This document shows positions 27,798-36,422 of a DNA stretch of 64,000 nucleotides, piece after piece. The notes below the pieces were generated by a model. It saw only the letters and a list, made by a program, of their open reading frames with translations, had not been told where the DNA came from and made no database searches. The stretch spans positions 31,781 through 95,780 of the forward strand of contig SLCC01000019.1 in NCBI GenBank assembly GCA_007126035.1, given 5' to 3'. A program made the position numbers and the translations under genes. Numbering within the stretch: position 1 is the first letter of the stretch; every line of letters begins with the position of its first letter. The stretch is from Gemmatimonadota bacterium. Lineage in GTDB: Bacteria; Gemmatimonadota; Gemmatimonadetes; Longimicrobiales; RSA9.

Positions 27798-29494
27798 CGG
27801 ATCCGCAGAAAGGAGCCCTGCAACGAGCGAGGCGGGGTAGCCGCGTCGGCCTCCACGTGCAATGCCGCCGCGCCCCGTCCTTCCACGCCGAAGACCAGGA
27901 AGCCTGCGCCACCCGGCTGGAGCGAGACGCTGCCCGAGCTGCCAGGACGCAGTACCGTCGGCGAAAGCGGATACGACCCCCACGCCCGGGCGTAGAGGTC
28001 CCTGAAGTTCCAGCTCGGCTGGGTGTAGACAGGGTCCACCCCGTCGACGTGGTCGTCCGCGTACAGGGCCACCGCCCAATCGTGGATCCAGGACTGGGCC
28101 GGTGCGGCAAGGACCTGGTTCAGGTTGTCCAGCCCCGCCGTCCGGGAGTTGAGAAGACGGAAGAATACCCACTCGTCTCCCGCTCCACTACGGTCCGCAG
28201 CATATCGCAGGAAGGACCAGGTGGCGCCTCGGGTGGCCAGACCGTCCTTGCCCGTCAATGACTCTTCCGGGGCCCGCGCGAGGTAACGGCCCAGATTCTC
28301 GAAGTTACCGCTCATGTACAGCCCGAATGCCCGGTACACCCGCGCCGAACCAGCGAGCGTAGCGCTTCCGATGTTCGAGCCCGGCGCCAAGCCGGCGGCC
28401 TGGAGGAATACCAGCTCCTCCGCCACGTGGCTCAGCCCCTCGTTCAGCCATGTCTGCTCGAACCTGTCGGCATCGTTGATGTAAAGGCGCCTGGCGGCGT
28501 TCAGGAGATGCTGGTACTCGTGCGCCATCACACGTACGGCCTGATCCCGGATCCAGTTGACCCCTACCGGCGGTCCCAGGGCGCCGTGCGGGTCCGGTAT
28601 GGCCAGGTAGAAGATCTCCGCGTGATTGCTCGCAGGGCAGGCATCGAGCCGGGCCGTGGCAACGGCAGGGAACAGGTCCCCCGTCCAGAACAGCCCGGTG
28701 GTCATGGAGGCCGAGCCCCTCGGGTTTCGCTCGTTCACCGAACCGGTGAAGAAGACCATTATCCGGTCGTTGCCGTCTATGTCTGTTGGCGTGCCGAAGT
28801 GGCGCGTGGCCACCGGGTAGACCAGAGTGTCGAAGGTGACCGCGAAATGCTCATGATCGTGCGCCGTGAGTCCGGTGGGTCTCGCGGTGTCCTCCAGGAT
28901 GATGGCACGCTCCGACACCCACATGACCCGCCCGGTCCGCATGTCGGTGTCGGTGCAGCTGAGCGCCACGTTCAGCTCCCGGAGATCACCTGGCTCGGGC
29001 AGTTCCCCCGCCGCCGGGGCGGCAGCCCACGGATCAGGCGCGCCACCAGCCCTGATCTTCGGCGTCAGCTCCCTCTTCTCCCGCTCCCTGAGCCAGCCAT
29101 GAAGATCATTGCCCAGCCGCACCGGCGATGAACGCTCTACTGCCGCGTCAGGTGAGGCCGGGATGCCAGGGCTCGCCGGTCCAACCCCCGGCTCCGACGA
29201 GATCGCTCCCGCAGGTAGACCCGCCCCCAGCACCTCCATGGCCAGGCGCACCTCAGGCGGCGTCCCCTCCACGGGGGCGACCGCGCTGAAGGGGATGTAG
29301 GCGAAGACCGCCGAGCTGTCCCCCGCGGTCAGACACACGGAACGGTGCCCCGCACCGCTTACCGTCAATACCTCGCCCACTGCAAGGGGAGGGGCTTCGC
29401 GGAAGACGCACGAGTAGAGTGAGGAAGGAGGCCCGCTGACATCAGTGCCGCAGCCCCCGAGAACTACCGCCGTCACAAGCAGCAGGCGCTTCAT
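27794..29494 (-). CDS. putative zinc metalloprotease lipoprotein (HEXXH)
   Basis: MKRLLLVTAVVLGGCG lipobox. MAHEYQHLLN (HExxH) with NEGLSHVAEE downstream, which suggests a gluzincin-like third ligand. Family not resolved. Confidence 0.6.
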   Translation of the reverse strand: MKRLLLVTAVVLGGCGTDVSGPPSSLYSCVFREAPPLAVGEVLTVSGAGHRSVCLTAGDSSAVFAYIPFSAVAPVEGTPPEVRLAMEVLGAGLPAGAISSEPGVGPASPGIPASPDAAVERSSPVRLGNDLHGWLREREKRELTPKIRAGGAPDPWAAAPAAGELPEPGDLRELNVALSCTDTDMRTGRVMWVSERAIILEDTARPTGLTAHDHEHFAVTFDTLVYPVATRHFGTPTDIDGNDRIMVFFTGSVNERNPRGSASMTTGLFWTGDLFPAVATARLDACPASNHAEIFYLAIPDPHGALGPPVGVNWIRDQAVRVMAHEYQHLLNAARRLYINDADRFEQTWLNEGLSHVAEELVFLQAAGLAPGSNIGSATLAGSARVYRAFGLYMSGNFENLGRYLARAPEESLTGKDGLATRGATWSFLRYAADRSGAGDEWVFFRLLNSRTAGLDNLNQVLAAPAQSWIHDWAVALYADDHVDGVDPVYTQPSWNFRDLYARAWGSYPLSPTVLRPGSSGSVSLQPGGAGFLVFGVEGRGAAALHVEADAATPPRSLQGSFLRIR

Positions 29495-29518
29495 TCTGGA
29501 TCCAGACATTGGAGACCG

Positions 29519-30760
29519 TCAGCCCACGTCCAGCAGCCGCTTCAACTCCTCCGGAGAGAGGTCTTCCGTGCGCCGTGAGCCCAGCCTGCGCCGCCCACCG
29601 GATGAGTCTGGGCGCCCGGTCGATGTGTCAGCCGCCGAAGCACCACCGTAATCATATCCTTCCAGTGAGACCCGGGGAAGCGGGTACCCCAGCACCCGCT
29701 CGATCGTGCGAACCTGGCCCAGATCGGCCGCCGTCATGAACGTTATGGCGTCACCACTGGCGCCAGCACGACCGGTCCGGCCGATGCGATGAACGTAATC
29801 TTCCGGGTCGGAAGGGATGTCGAAGTTGATCACATGGCTGATCCCCTCGATGTCCAAACCCCGCTGCGCCACGTCCGTCGCCACCAGGACACGGGCATGA
29901 CCTTCCGAGAACGACTCCATGGCGTTGCCGCGCTGCTGCATGTTGCGGTCACTATGGATCACGTTCACCGCGATCCCCGCCGTATGAAGGCGATGATACA
30001 ACAGGTCCGCCCCACGCTTCGTGCGCGTGAATACCAGAACCTGATCCATGTCCGGGTCCTTCATCAGCTCCAGCAGGAGGTCCACCTTACGGTCCGGACG
30101 CACCGAGTACACCAGCTGATCCACCGTCTCCGCAGCGGTCGCCGACGGCGCAGCCTCCACCCACACCGGCTCACGCTGGATACGCATGGCCAGCGCGTGC
30201 ACACCGTTGGGCATGGTTGCCGAGAACAGCAGCGTCTGCCGCTCCCCGGGGACCCTGCTCAGGACCCGCTCGATCTGGGGACGGAACCCCATGTCCAGCA
30301 TGCGGTCCGCTTCGTCCAGGACCAGGACCTCCACCGTCGACAGGTCAATGTTCCCCTTCTCCAGGTGATCGATCAGACGACCAGGCGTAGCCACCAGTAT
30401 GTCGAAGCCAGCCCGGAGATCCCGGATCTGTGGCTCGTAGGGGACACCACCGTACACCTCGCCTACGAACAGCTCCGTATGGCTGCACAGATCACGAGCA
30501 TCCGCCGCTACCTGCTGGGCAAGCTCGCGGGTGGGACACAGGACCAGCGTTCGGAGACCCTCCTGGTCCTCCTGACGCTCTATCGACGGAATCAGAAACG
30601 CGCCGGTCTTGCCAGTGCCGGTCTGCGCGATGCCGAGCACGTCCCGGCCCGCTCGGGCCGCTGGTATCGCCTTGCGCTGGATCGGCGTAGGATCCCTCCA
30701 GCCAAGCTCCGCAATGGCACGAAGTAACGCGTCCGATGACGTCAGCTCATCGAACTCCAT
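29519..30760 (-). CDS. rhlE: DEAD-box ATP-dependent RNA helicase (RhlE-like)
   Basis: Q-motif TPIQ, AQTGTGKTGAF, VLDEADRMLDMGF, SAT, HRIGRTGRAG and an RG-rich tail. Start MEFDEL at 30760. The track ORF start at 30808 would overlap rpsU. Confidence 0.9.
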   Translation of the reverse strand: MEFDELTSSDALLRAIAELGWRDPTPIQRKAIPAARAGRDVLGIAQTGTGKTGAFLIPSIERQEDQEGLRTLVLCPTRELAQQVAADARDLCSHTELFVGEVYGGVPYEPQIRDLRAGFDILVATPGRLIDHLEKGNIDLSTVEVLVLDEADRMLDMGFRPQIERVLSRVPGERQTLLFSATMPNGVHALAMRIQREPVWVEAAPSATAAETVDQLVYSVRPDRKVDLLLELMKDPDMDQVLVFTRTKRGADLLYHRLHTAGIAVNVIHSDRNMQQRGNAMESFSEGHARVLVATDVAQRGLDIEGISHVINFDIPSDPEDYVHRIGRTGRAGASGDAITFMTAADLGQVRTIERVLGYPLPRVSLEGYDYGGASAADTSTGRPDSSGGRRRLGSRRTEDLSPEELKRLLDVG

Positions 30761-30804
30761 GCCTGCTCTCCCACTGTCGGTTGTGGATTGGGCGAGAGGT
30801 GAAA

Positions 30805-31002
30805 TCAACGCGTCCGCCGCCGGCGGGCCCGAGCGTTGCGTCGACGAGCAGCGGCAGCCTTCCGCTTCCTTGCCTCGCTCGGCTTCTCGTAGTACCGCTT
30901 CTTCTTCATGTCCTTGAACCGACCGGACCGCAACATCTTGCGCCGGAACTTCTTCAGCGCCCAGTCCAGGCGGTCGTTCTCACTGAGCACGACCTCGACC
31001 AT
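30805..31002 (-). CDS. rpsU: 30S ribosomal protein S21
   Basis: MVEVVLSENDRLDWALKKFRRKMLRSGRFKDMKKKRYYEKPSEARKRK aligns with bacterial S21 ([21 protein letters not shown]...). GAGGGGAG lies 5 nt upstream of ATG 31002. Confidence 0.85.
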   Translation of the reverse strand: MVEVVLSENDRLDWALKKFRRKMLRSGRFKDMKKKRYYEKPSEARKRKAAAARRRNARARRRRTR

Positions 31003-31038
31003 CAATTCTCCCCTCGTTGGAGGTATATGCAGCATTGA

Positions 31039-31067
31039 AACATACCGCCCACGGGCTCCAGTGTAAA
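31039..31067 (-). promoter_or_regulatory. sigma70-like promoter TTTACA-N17-TATGTT for rpsU
   Basis: On the minus strand: TTTACA (31067-31062), a 17-nt spacer, TATGTT (31044-31039). This would give a ~30-nt leader to the rpsU ATG. Confidence 0.45.
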
Positions 31068-31200
31068 GCGGTCGGGTCCGAGGCGTTCCTCCACTTCCTC
31101 ATGCGACCGGAGCGACCCTGGCCGGCGACTCCGAGCGGTTCGGGCGATCCGGCCAATCTCCTTCCCCGGGGCGAGCCACATCTCAAACGGCGTGACAGGG
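31050..31200. repeat. Copy B of the ~140-nt conserved intergenic element (copy A at 1604..1745)
   Basis: See copy A. 31099-31152 matches 1641-1694 at 47 of 54 positions. Relative to copy A, B carries a ~14-nt insertion (ctccagtgtaaagcg) that contributes the rpsU -35 box. Confidence 0.7.
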
Positions 31201-31303
31201 AGAGTGCGCGGCATGCAGACGCCGGTCCGGCCATGTGCGGCTGGGGAGGTCGCGAGCTGGGCCAGGTTGGAAGGGCCGGCGGAGTATTGCGAGACAGCCT
31301 CTC

Positions 31304-31324
31304 GAGCTCGGAGTTCGGAGTTCG
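31304..31324. repeat. heptanucleotide microsatellite, 3 units (GAGCTCG GAGTTCG GAGTTCG)
   Basis: Read directly from the sequence. Confidence 0.85.
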
Positions 31325-31402
31325 AGACAAGCGCCCCGCACCCGCCACCGCCCGCCAACCCGCCGAAGCCCGGCAACCTGCGGCCGGGTGGTGGCGGTGC
31401 GG

Positions 31403-31444
31403 TCGGAGCTCGGAGCTCGGAGTTCGGAGTTCGGAGTTCGAATA
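31403..31444. repeat. heptanucleotide microsatellite, 5 units plus 1 degenerate (TCGGAGC x2, TCGGAGT x3, TCGAATA)
   Basis: Read directly. Same unit family as 31304-31324. The two arrays flank an imperfect GC-rich inverted repeat (31338-31356 / 31382-31400). Confidence 0.85.
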
Positions 31445-31533
31445 CGACCAGCAGCGGCGCTTTCTGGGGAAAGTCCTGGCCGGGTCCTTGTTTCGGCGGT
31501 GCGGCGGGCGGCCGAATCGAGGGGCGAGGCGGT

Positions 31534-31561
31534 TTGAACTCCTCCGGCGTGGCGCTATATT
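31534..31561 (+). promoter_or_regulatory. sigma70-like promoter TTGAAC-N16-TATATT for yebC-ruvC-ruvA
   Basis: TTGAAC at 31534-31539, a 16-nt spacer, TATATT at 31556-31561. It lies about 57 nt upstream of the yebC ATG. Confidence 0.4.
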
Positions 31562-31617
31562 CGGTTCGACAGGCCGGGACGTCCCCGGATCCGTTCTCCA
31601 GCGTGACGGGATACCCG

Positions 31618-32367
31618 ATGGCAGGTCATTCCAAGTGGTCACAGATCAAACGAAAGAAGGCGGTGAACGACCAGAAGCGTGGTCGGATGTTCACGCGTCT
31701 GATCCGTGAGATCACGGTGGCGGCGCGGGACGGGGGCGGTGACCCTGAGGGCAACCCACGTTTGCGGTTGGCCGTGGACGTTGCGAAAGCGTCGAACATG
31801 CCCCTGGAGAACATCGAGCGGGCGATCAAGCGTGGCACGGGCGAGCTGGAGGGAGTGCAGTACGAGGAGGTCAGCTACGAGGGGTATGGTCCTGGTGGTG
31901 TGGCCTTGTACCTGGAGACGCTGACTGACAACCTGAACCGCACGGTGGCGGCGGTGCGTCATGCGTTGGAGAAGAATGGTGGCAATCTGGGCCAGAACGG
32001 CTCGGTGGCGTGGCAGTTCGAGCGTCGTGGCCGGCTCTTCGTCGACGCCAGTCGCTACGATGAGGACTCGGTGATGCTGGCGGCGCTGGAGGTTGGTGCG
32101 CTGGACGTGGGGCGGGACGGTGACGAGTACGAGGTCATCACCGACGTAGCCAGCTTCCACGCGGTCCAGGACGGTCTCCGGGACGAGGGCATCGAGTTCC
32201 GGGAGGCGGAGCTGGCGATGATCCCGAAGGCGACTGTCCGCGTGGCGGGTCCCGATGCCCAGAAGCTGGTGAAGCTGCTGGAGGCGCTCGAGGACCTGGA
32301 CGACATACAGAACGTCCACACCAACGCCGACATTGACGAGAGCGCCCTGACCGAGGTGGGTGCTTGA
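31618..32367 (+). CDS. yebC: YebC/PmpR-family DNA-binding transcriptional regulator
   Basis: MAGHSKWSQIKRKKAVNDQKRG is the canonical N-terminus. The track ORF 31192.. is an upstream read-through of the repeats. Confidence 0.9.
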   Translation: MAGHSKWSQIKRKKAVNDQKRGRMFTRLIREITVAARDGGGDPEGNPRLRLAVDVAKASNMPLENIERAIKRGTGELEGVQYEEVSYEGYGPGGVALYLETLTDNLNRTVAAVRHALEKNGGNLGQNGSVAWQFERRGRLFVDASRYDEDSVMLAALEVGALDVGRDGDEYEVITDVASFHAVQDGLRDEGIEFREAELAMIPKATVRVAGPDAQKLVKLLEALEDLDDIQNVHTNADIDESALTEVGA

Positions 32368-32873
32368 AGGTACTCGGGGTAGATCCTGGCACCGCCGCCA
32401 CTGGTTACGGCGTCGTCGTCGGTACGGGAGGCGGTGCGCCGGTGCTGCTGGAGTGCGGTGTGATCAGGACCACGCCCTCCGCGCCGCTGCCCGAGCGGCT
32501 CCGCCAGATCCACGAGGGTTTGGGCGACGTCATCGAGCGCCATCGGCCGCAAATCATGGCGGTGGAGGACATCTTCTACGGCAAGAACGTCCGCACCACG
32601 GTGCTCCTGGGCCACACCCGTGGCGCGGTCCTGCTGGCGGCGGCGCTCCGGGACCTGCCTGTGGCGGATTACTCTCCGGCGGAGGTGAAGAACTCCATAG
32701 TGGGCACCGGTAGGGCGACGAAGGCCCAGGTCCAGTTCATGGTGAAGAAGCTCCTCCGTCTCAGGGCAGTCCCCTCGCCCTCGGATGCGGCGGACGGGGT
32801 GGCGGCGGCGCTCTGCCATATCAACACGGCCCGTTTCGGCGACCTGGCCCGGCGGGCGGTGGGTACCCCATGA
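32364..32873 (+). CDS. ruvC: crossover junction endodeoxyribonuclease RuvC
   Basis: VLGVDPGTAATGYGVV, and the canonical yebC-ruvC-ruvA order. Confidence 0.9.
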   Translation: MKVLGVDPGTAATGYGVVVGTGGGAPVLLECGVIRTTPSAPLPERLRQIHEGLGDVIERHRPQIMAVEDIFYGKNVRTTVLLGHTRGAVLLAAALRDLPVADYSPAEVKNSIVGTGRATKAQVQFMVKKLLRLRAVPSPSDAADGVAAALCHINTARFGDLARRAVGTP

Positions 32874-33460
32874 TCAGCCGGCTCCGTGGCACGCTGTTGC
32901 GTCGGGACCCTGACCGTGTGGAGGTGATGACGGCCGGGGGCGTGGGCTACGAGGTGGCGATCCCGCTGTCGGTATTCGAGAAGCTGCCCAGGCTGGGCGA
33001 CGAGGTGGAGCTGCTGACGGAGCACGTGGTCCGCGAGGACGACGTGATGTTGTTCGGGTTCCTCGAGCAGGGCGAACGGGAGCTGTTCGGTCGCCTGCTG
33101 GGCGCCTCGGGCGTGGGTCCCCGGCTGGCGCTGTCCCTCATGTCTGCACTGGCGCCACGGGCACTGGCCCGAGCCATCGTGGACAAGGACGTGGCGACGC
33201 TGGTCCGGGTCCCTGGCGTGGGGCGGAAGACGGCGGAGCGGATCGCCCTGGAGCTGGGCGACAAGCTGGAGGGTCTGGCGCTGCGGGCAGGACCACCGGT
33301 GAAGGGGGCGGCGGCGAAGGAGGCGGTGAGTGCCCTGGTCGCGCTGGGGTACTCGAGTGCCGACGCGAGCACTGCCGTCCGCCGGAGCATCGAGGAGGGT
33401 GGACCGGAGGAAGACGCCAAGGCCCTGATTCGTAAGGCCCTGGCGCTGGCCTCCGGCTGA
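32870..33460 (+). CDS. ruvA: Holliday junction DNA helicase subunit RuvA
   Basis: MISRLRGTL..., with HhH motifs GVGPRLALSL and VPGVGRKTAERI. Confidence 0.9.
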   Translation: MISRLRGTLLRRDPDRVEVMTAGGVGYEVAIPLSVFEKLPRLGDEVELLTEHVVREDDVMLFGFLEQGERELFGRLLGASGVGPRLALSLMSALAPRALARAIVDKDVATLVRVPGVGRKTAERIALELGDKLEGLALRAGPPVKGAAAKEAVSALVALGYSSADASTAVRRSIEEGGPEEDAKALIRKALALASG

Positions 33461-33521
33461 ACAGAAACGGGAGTCCTGGGGTTCTATCAGGTGAACCGGG
33501 CCGTGGGACTCCAGGAGGCTG

Positions 33522-34373
33522 TTGCGGGTGTCGAAGACAGGGCGAGGGAAGGGTAAGGCGGCCGGTACCAGGCCGAGCGAGAGGAGCCCGGCCGCACCGG
33601 AGCGGGGCGCTGGTCAGCCTGCGCCACCGGCGGACCGGACGGCCGCCCAGATCGCCCTGGACTGGGGCAAGTCCCTGGGGCTGGCCCTGATCCTGTTCCT
33701 CGTGCTACGCACCTTCCTGGTGCAGACGTTCGTGATCACGTCGTCGTCCATGGAGGAGACCCTCATGGTCGGTGACTTCCTGGTCCTGAGCAAGCTGGCC
33801 TACGGGCCCCAGGTCCCGTTCACGGACTGGCGTCTACCTGGCTACACCAGCCCGGAGCGAGGCGATATCGCCGTGTTCCGACCGCCCCACGACCCGGACC
33901 TGGACGTGGTGAAGCGGCTGGTCGGTGCCCCCGGTGACACCTTGCTCATGACGGACAAGGCCCTCTACATCAACGGCGAGCAGGCCATGGAGCCGTATGT
34001 CCGGCATTCGGATTTCGAGGGCGACGTCGGCCATCCGTGGATGCGCTGGCAGTGCGGGGAGCCGGTGACCCTGAGCCCGGACATCTCGGGCGCCTACCGG
34101 ATCCCCCATGACATCCCCACCGGTCCAGACGCGGAGGAGTGCCTGCCGACCAGGGACAACTGGGGGCCTGTAGTCGTTCCCGATGGTTACTTCTTCACGA
34201 TCGGGGACAACCGGGACGACTCGGTTGACTCACGCCACTGGGGGTTCCTGTCCGAAGAGCTGCTCCGGGGTGAAGCTATGTTCATCTACTACTCCTACGA
34301 TCCCAGGCTGCGCCGCCCCATGGCCTTCCTGCGGAACGTGCGGGCGGAGCGGATAGGCAATCTGATCCGTTGA
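33522..34373 (+). CDS. lepB: signal peptidase I
   Basis: Catalytic SSSMEETL (Ser) and GDNRDDSVDSRHWGF boxes. TTG at 33522 or GTG at 33528 follows AGGAGG (33513-33518). Confidence 0.85.
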   Translation: MRVSKTGRGKGKAAGTRPSERSPAAPERGAGQPAPPADRTAAQIALDWGKSLGLALILFLVLRTFLVQTFVITSSSMEETLMVGDFLVLSKLAYGPQVPFTDWRLPGYTSPERGDIAVFRPPHDPDLDVVKRLVGAPGDTLLMTDKALYINGEQAMEPYVRHSDFEGDVGHPWMRWQCGEPVTLSPDISGAYRIPHDIPTGPDAEECLPTRDNWGPVVVPDGYFFTIGDNRDDSVDSRHWGFLSEELLRGEAMFIYYSYDPRLRRPMAFLRNVRAERIGNLIR

Positions 34374-34378
34374 GGCAA

Positions 34379-34411
34379 GACGCCCCGCCACCCTGGGGTA
34401 GGCGGGGCGTC
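34379..34411. terminator. 11-bp perfect GC hairpin between convergent lepB and the DUF883 gene
   Basis: GACGCCCCGCC (34379-34389), an 11-nt loop, GGCGGGGCGTC (34401-34411). No T-tract, so intrinsic-terminator function is inferred only from position. Confidence 0.5.
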
Positions 34412-34470
34412 GACGACAGGTGCCACCACGAGGCCGGGCTCCTCCCGTGTCGGCGCGTCTCCGGCCAGGG

Positions 34471-34866
34471 TCAGGTCAGGCGTCGCAGCGTGTAGCCAGC
34501 CAGGAAGGCGATGCCGATGGCCGCCAGCGGGTGTCGCCTGATCTGGGATTCCAGGTCCGTGCGCATCTCCTCCACCTGGTGGGTCCGGACGTAGTCGGCC
34601 GCGCCTTCGATACCCTGGGCGGCATTGTCGGTCAGGGGGCGGACGCGGTTGAGGAACTGGTTTTTGGCCGCGGCCCGATCGCCGAGCTGCCTCACCTTCT
34701 CCGCCGCTTCCTCGAGTTTGCCGCTGGTCGCCTCACGCACCTTGTACTCCCGGCCATCCTCGTCAGGGAATGTGCCGGGGTTGCCCATACCGGTTGCCCG
34801 TCGGGTCTCGCTCTCAACCGGCTCGGGTATCTCTCGTCGGTCCATCTCTGGCCTGTGTTCGTCCAT
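34471..34866 (-). CDS. DUF883 (ElaB/YqjD-like) C-tail-anchored stress protein
   Basis: Charged helical body and a C-terminal anchor HPLAAIGIAFLAGYTLRRL, typical of ElaB/YqjD/YgaM. Confidence 0.7.
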   Translation of the reverse strand: MDEHRPEMDRREIPEPVESETRRATGMGNPGTFPDEDGREYKVREATSGKLEEAAEKVRQLGDRAAAKNQFLNRVRPLTDNAAQGIEGAADYVRTHQVEEMRTDLESQIRRHPLAAIGIAFLAGYTLRRLT

Positions 34867-34872
34867 GGTCGT

Positions 34873-35388
34873 CTACTCCTGAGTGAGTCGCTCCTTGAAT
34901 TCCCGTGCCTCCTCCTTGGCCCAGCGAGCGTCCTCACGGACGGACTCTGCTGTCTGTCTCGGCGCCAGCTCCTGTCGGCGCAGGTCACGGACGCCCTTGA
35001 GCACGAAACCGCCGCCGACCAGCACCAGGAAGAGTCCAGTGATGAGGGTGCCCAGGAAGTACGAGCCCAAGAGGGCGCCGAGGCCCAGGGCGATCGCCAG
35101 CACCAGGCAGAGCGCGCCCATCGCGGCTATGGCCGCGCCGGTGGCGATCCACGCGCCGTCCGCCGCCAGGCGACGCGCCGTCTGCGTCACCTCGAGCTTG
35201 ACCAGGTCGATCTCCTGGCGGACGAGGGTCATCACGTCATGGGCCAGGGACCGTATGAGCGGGACCAGTCCCGGCTCAGCGTCTGTCGTGCCCTGGTAGG
35301 TACCACCTGGCTCCGCCGCTGGGAGCTGGTGGTCCGGGTCGAGCCGGTGCCAGCGGCTCGGCGTCGGGTGACCGTCGGGTCCTGGCAT
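34873..35388 (-). CDS. YqjE-like / phage-holin-3_6 family membrane protein
   Basis: LVRQEIDLVKLEVTQTARRLA followed by two long hydrophobic helices. Lies next to the DUF883 gene, as in yqjD-yqjE clusters. Confidence 0.6.
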   Translation of the reverse strand: MPGPDGHPTPSRWHRLDPDHQLPAAEPGGTYQGTTDAEPGLVPLIRSLAHDVMTLVRQEIDLVKLEVTQTARRLAADGAWIATGAAIAAMGALCLVLAIALGLGALLGSYFLGTLITGLFLVLVGGGFVLKGVRDLRRQELAPRQTAESVREDARWAKEEAREFKERLTQE

Positions 35389-35511
35389 GACCTGGGTCCT
35401 CCTGATAGGTGATCATTTGCACGACCTCGTGGTGCAATGCGTGTGCCGGTCACACCGCTTCCCGATCCGGCGGCGTGGTGCGGCTGACTTCTTGCAACGT
35501 GGAGGCCCCGG

Positions 35512-35889
35512 GTGAACATATCCGGGACAGAATCGATTACCATGGCCAAGAGCACAGAAACCGGCACCGACAGCGAGCTCAGGATACCACCGGGACCGGA
35601 GAAGAGCCTGGACCGGGTGGCCGCGGCCCCCGTCCCGCCCGCTCGTCCGGCTCCGGGCGACAACGGCAGGCCGTCCAGTCCGGAGGAGATGCGCCTGGAG
35701 ATCGAGCGGACGCGGCAACGGATGTCTGTGACGCTGGACGTTATCGAGGATCGGCTGGTTAGCCAGAAGCGGGAGCTGTGGGCTCGGGCTACGCTCCAGG
35801 GTTTCCGCCGCCGGGTGACCTCGGAGCCGTGGCGGTCCCTGGCCATCGCGTTCGCGGTTGGCTACGTGGTGGCCGCTATCCGGGACTGA
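35512..35889 (+). CDS. DUF3618-like membrane-anchored protein
   Basis: SPEEMRLEIERTRQRMSVTLDVIEDRL resembles the DUF3618 signature. C-terminal anchor WRSLAIAFAVGYVVAAI. The start may be MAKSTE at 35542. Confidence 0.5.
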   Translation: MNISGTESITMAKSTETGTDSELRIPPGPEKSLDRVAAAPVPPARPAPGDNGRPSSPEEMRLEIERTRQRMSVTLDVIEDRLVSQKRELWARATLQGFRRRVTSEPWRSLAIAFAVGYVVAAIRD

Positions 35890-36422
35890 CGGGTCGAAGC
35901 TTCATCCTTCTCGTCGTCGCGGCCCAGCAGCAGCCAGCCCAGGAGGGCCAGGGGGATGAGGACCAGGGCGGCCAGGAGGTATGGCCGGTCCAGGAGCGTG
36001 GGGTCCGTGAGCGTCGCCTGGAACGAGACGGTGCCACCCTCCTCGCCGCCCACCGTGATGCTGAACTCCCACTCGCCCTCCGCCAGCACATCGAACTTGG
36101 CGGCCTTGAACAGCTTGTTCGTGGCCTGCTGGCGCGTGGCCTCGTGGGTCACGGCCGCCGCCTCGGTGTCCAGCGGGTGCGCCTCCACGATGATTGGCAC
36201 GTCCAGGATCCTTTCCTGCTCGGCGTCCTGGACCAGCACGCTCACGTCCACCTCGCCGGTGCGCAGGGGCGTAGGGCTGGTGAAGACGGAGACCAGGTAC
36301 AGCCCGACGGGCGCCCGAGAGATGCGGACAGTGCCGCCATTGGCCATGAGCGGCGTCGCCGTGACCAGTGCGACGAAGGCCAGGAGTACTGCCGGCGCCA
36401 GGTGCTGGAGGAGCCGGGTCAT
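35862..36422 (-). CDS. FixH/YtkA-like periplasmic Ig-fold protein with a C-terminal TM anchor
   Basis: Signal MTRLLQHLAPAVLLAFVALVTATPLMA. Beta-rich body (VGLYLVSVFTSPTPLRTGEVDVSVLV...EWEFSITVGGEEGGTVSFQATL). Anchor YLLAALVLIPLALLGWLLL. The ATG overlaps the ctaG-like stop. Family assignment is tentative. Confidence 0.45.
   Translation of the reverse strand: MTRLLQHLAPAVLLAFVALVTATPLMANGGTVRISRAPVGLYLVSVFTSPTPLRTGEVDVSVLVQDAEQERILDVPIIVEAHPLDTEAAAVTHEATRQQATNKLFKAAKFDVLAEGEWEFSITVGGEEGGTVSFQATLTDPTLLDRPYLLAALVLIPLALLGWLLLGRDDEKDEASTRQSRIAATT

Noticed and set aside
31403-31444. Heptamer arrays as additional copies of the TTCGG operator, or a tRNA T-arm (GGAGTTCGAATAC)
   Set aside because: TTCGG is spaced 7 nt apart here, not 11 nt as in the imuA/dnaE2 sites. 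No acceptor or anticodon arms can be drawn around the GTTCGAAT segment.
31192-31617. N-terminal 142-aa extension of YebC in track ORF 31192..32367
   Set aside because: The canonical YebC N-terminus MAGHSKWSQIKRKK starts at 31618. The extension only translates microsatellites and GC-rich palindromes.
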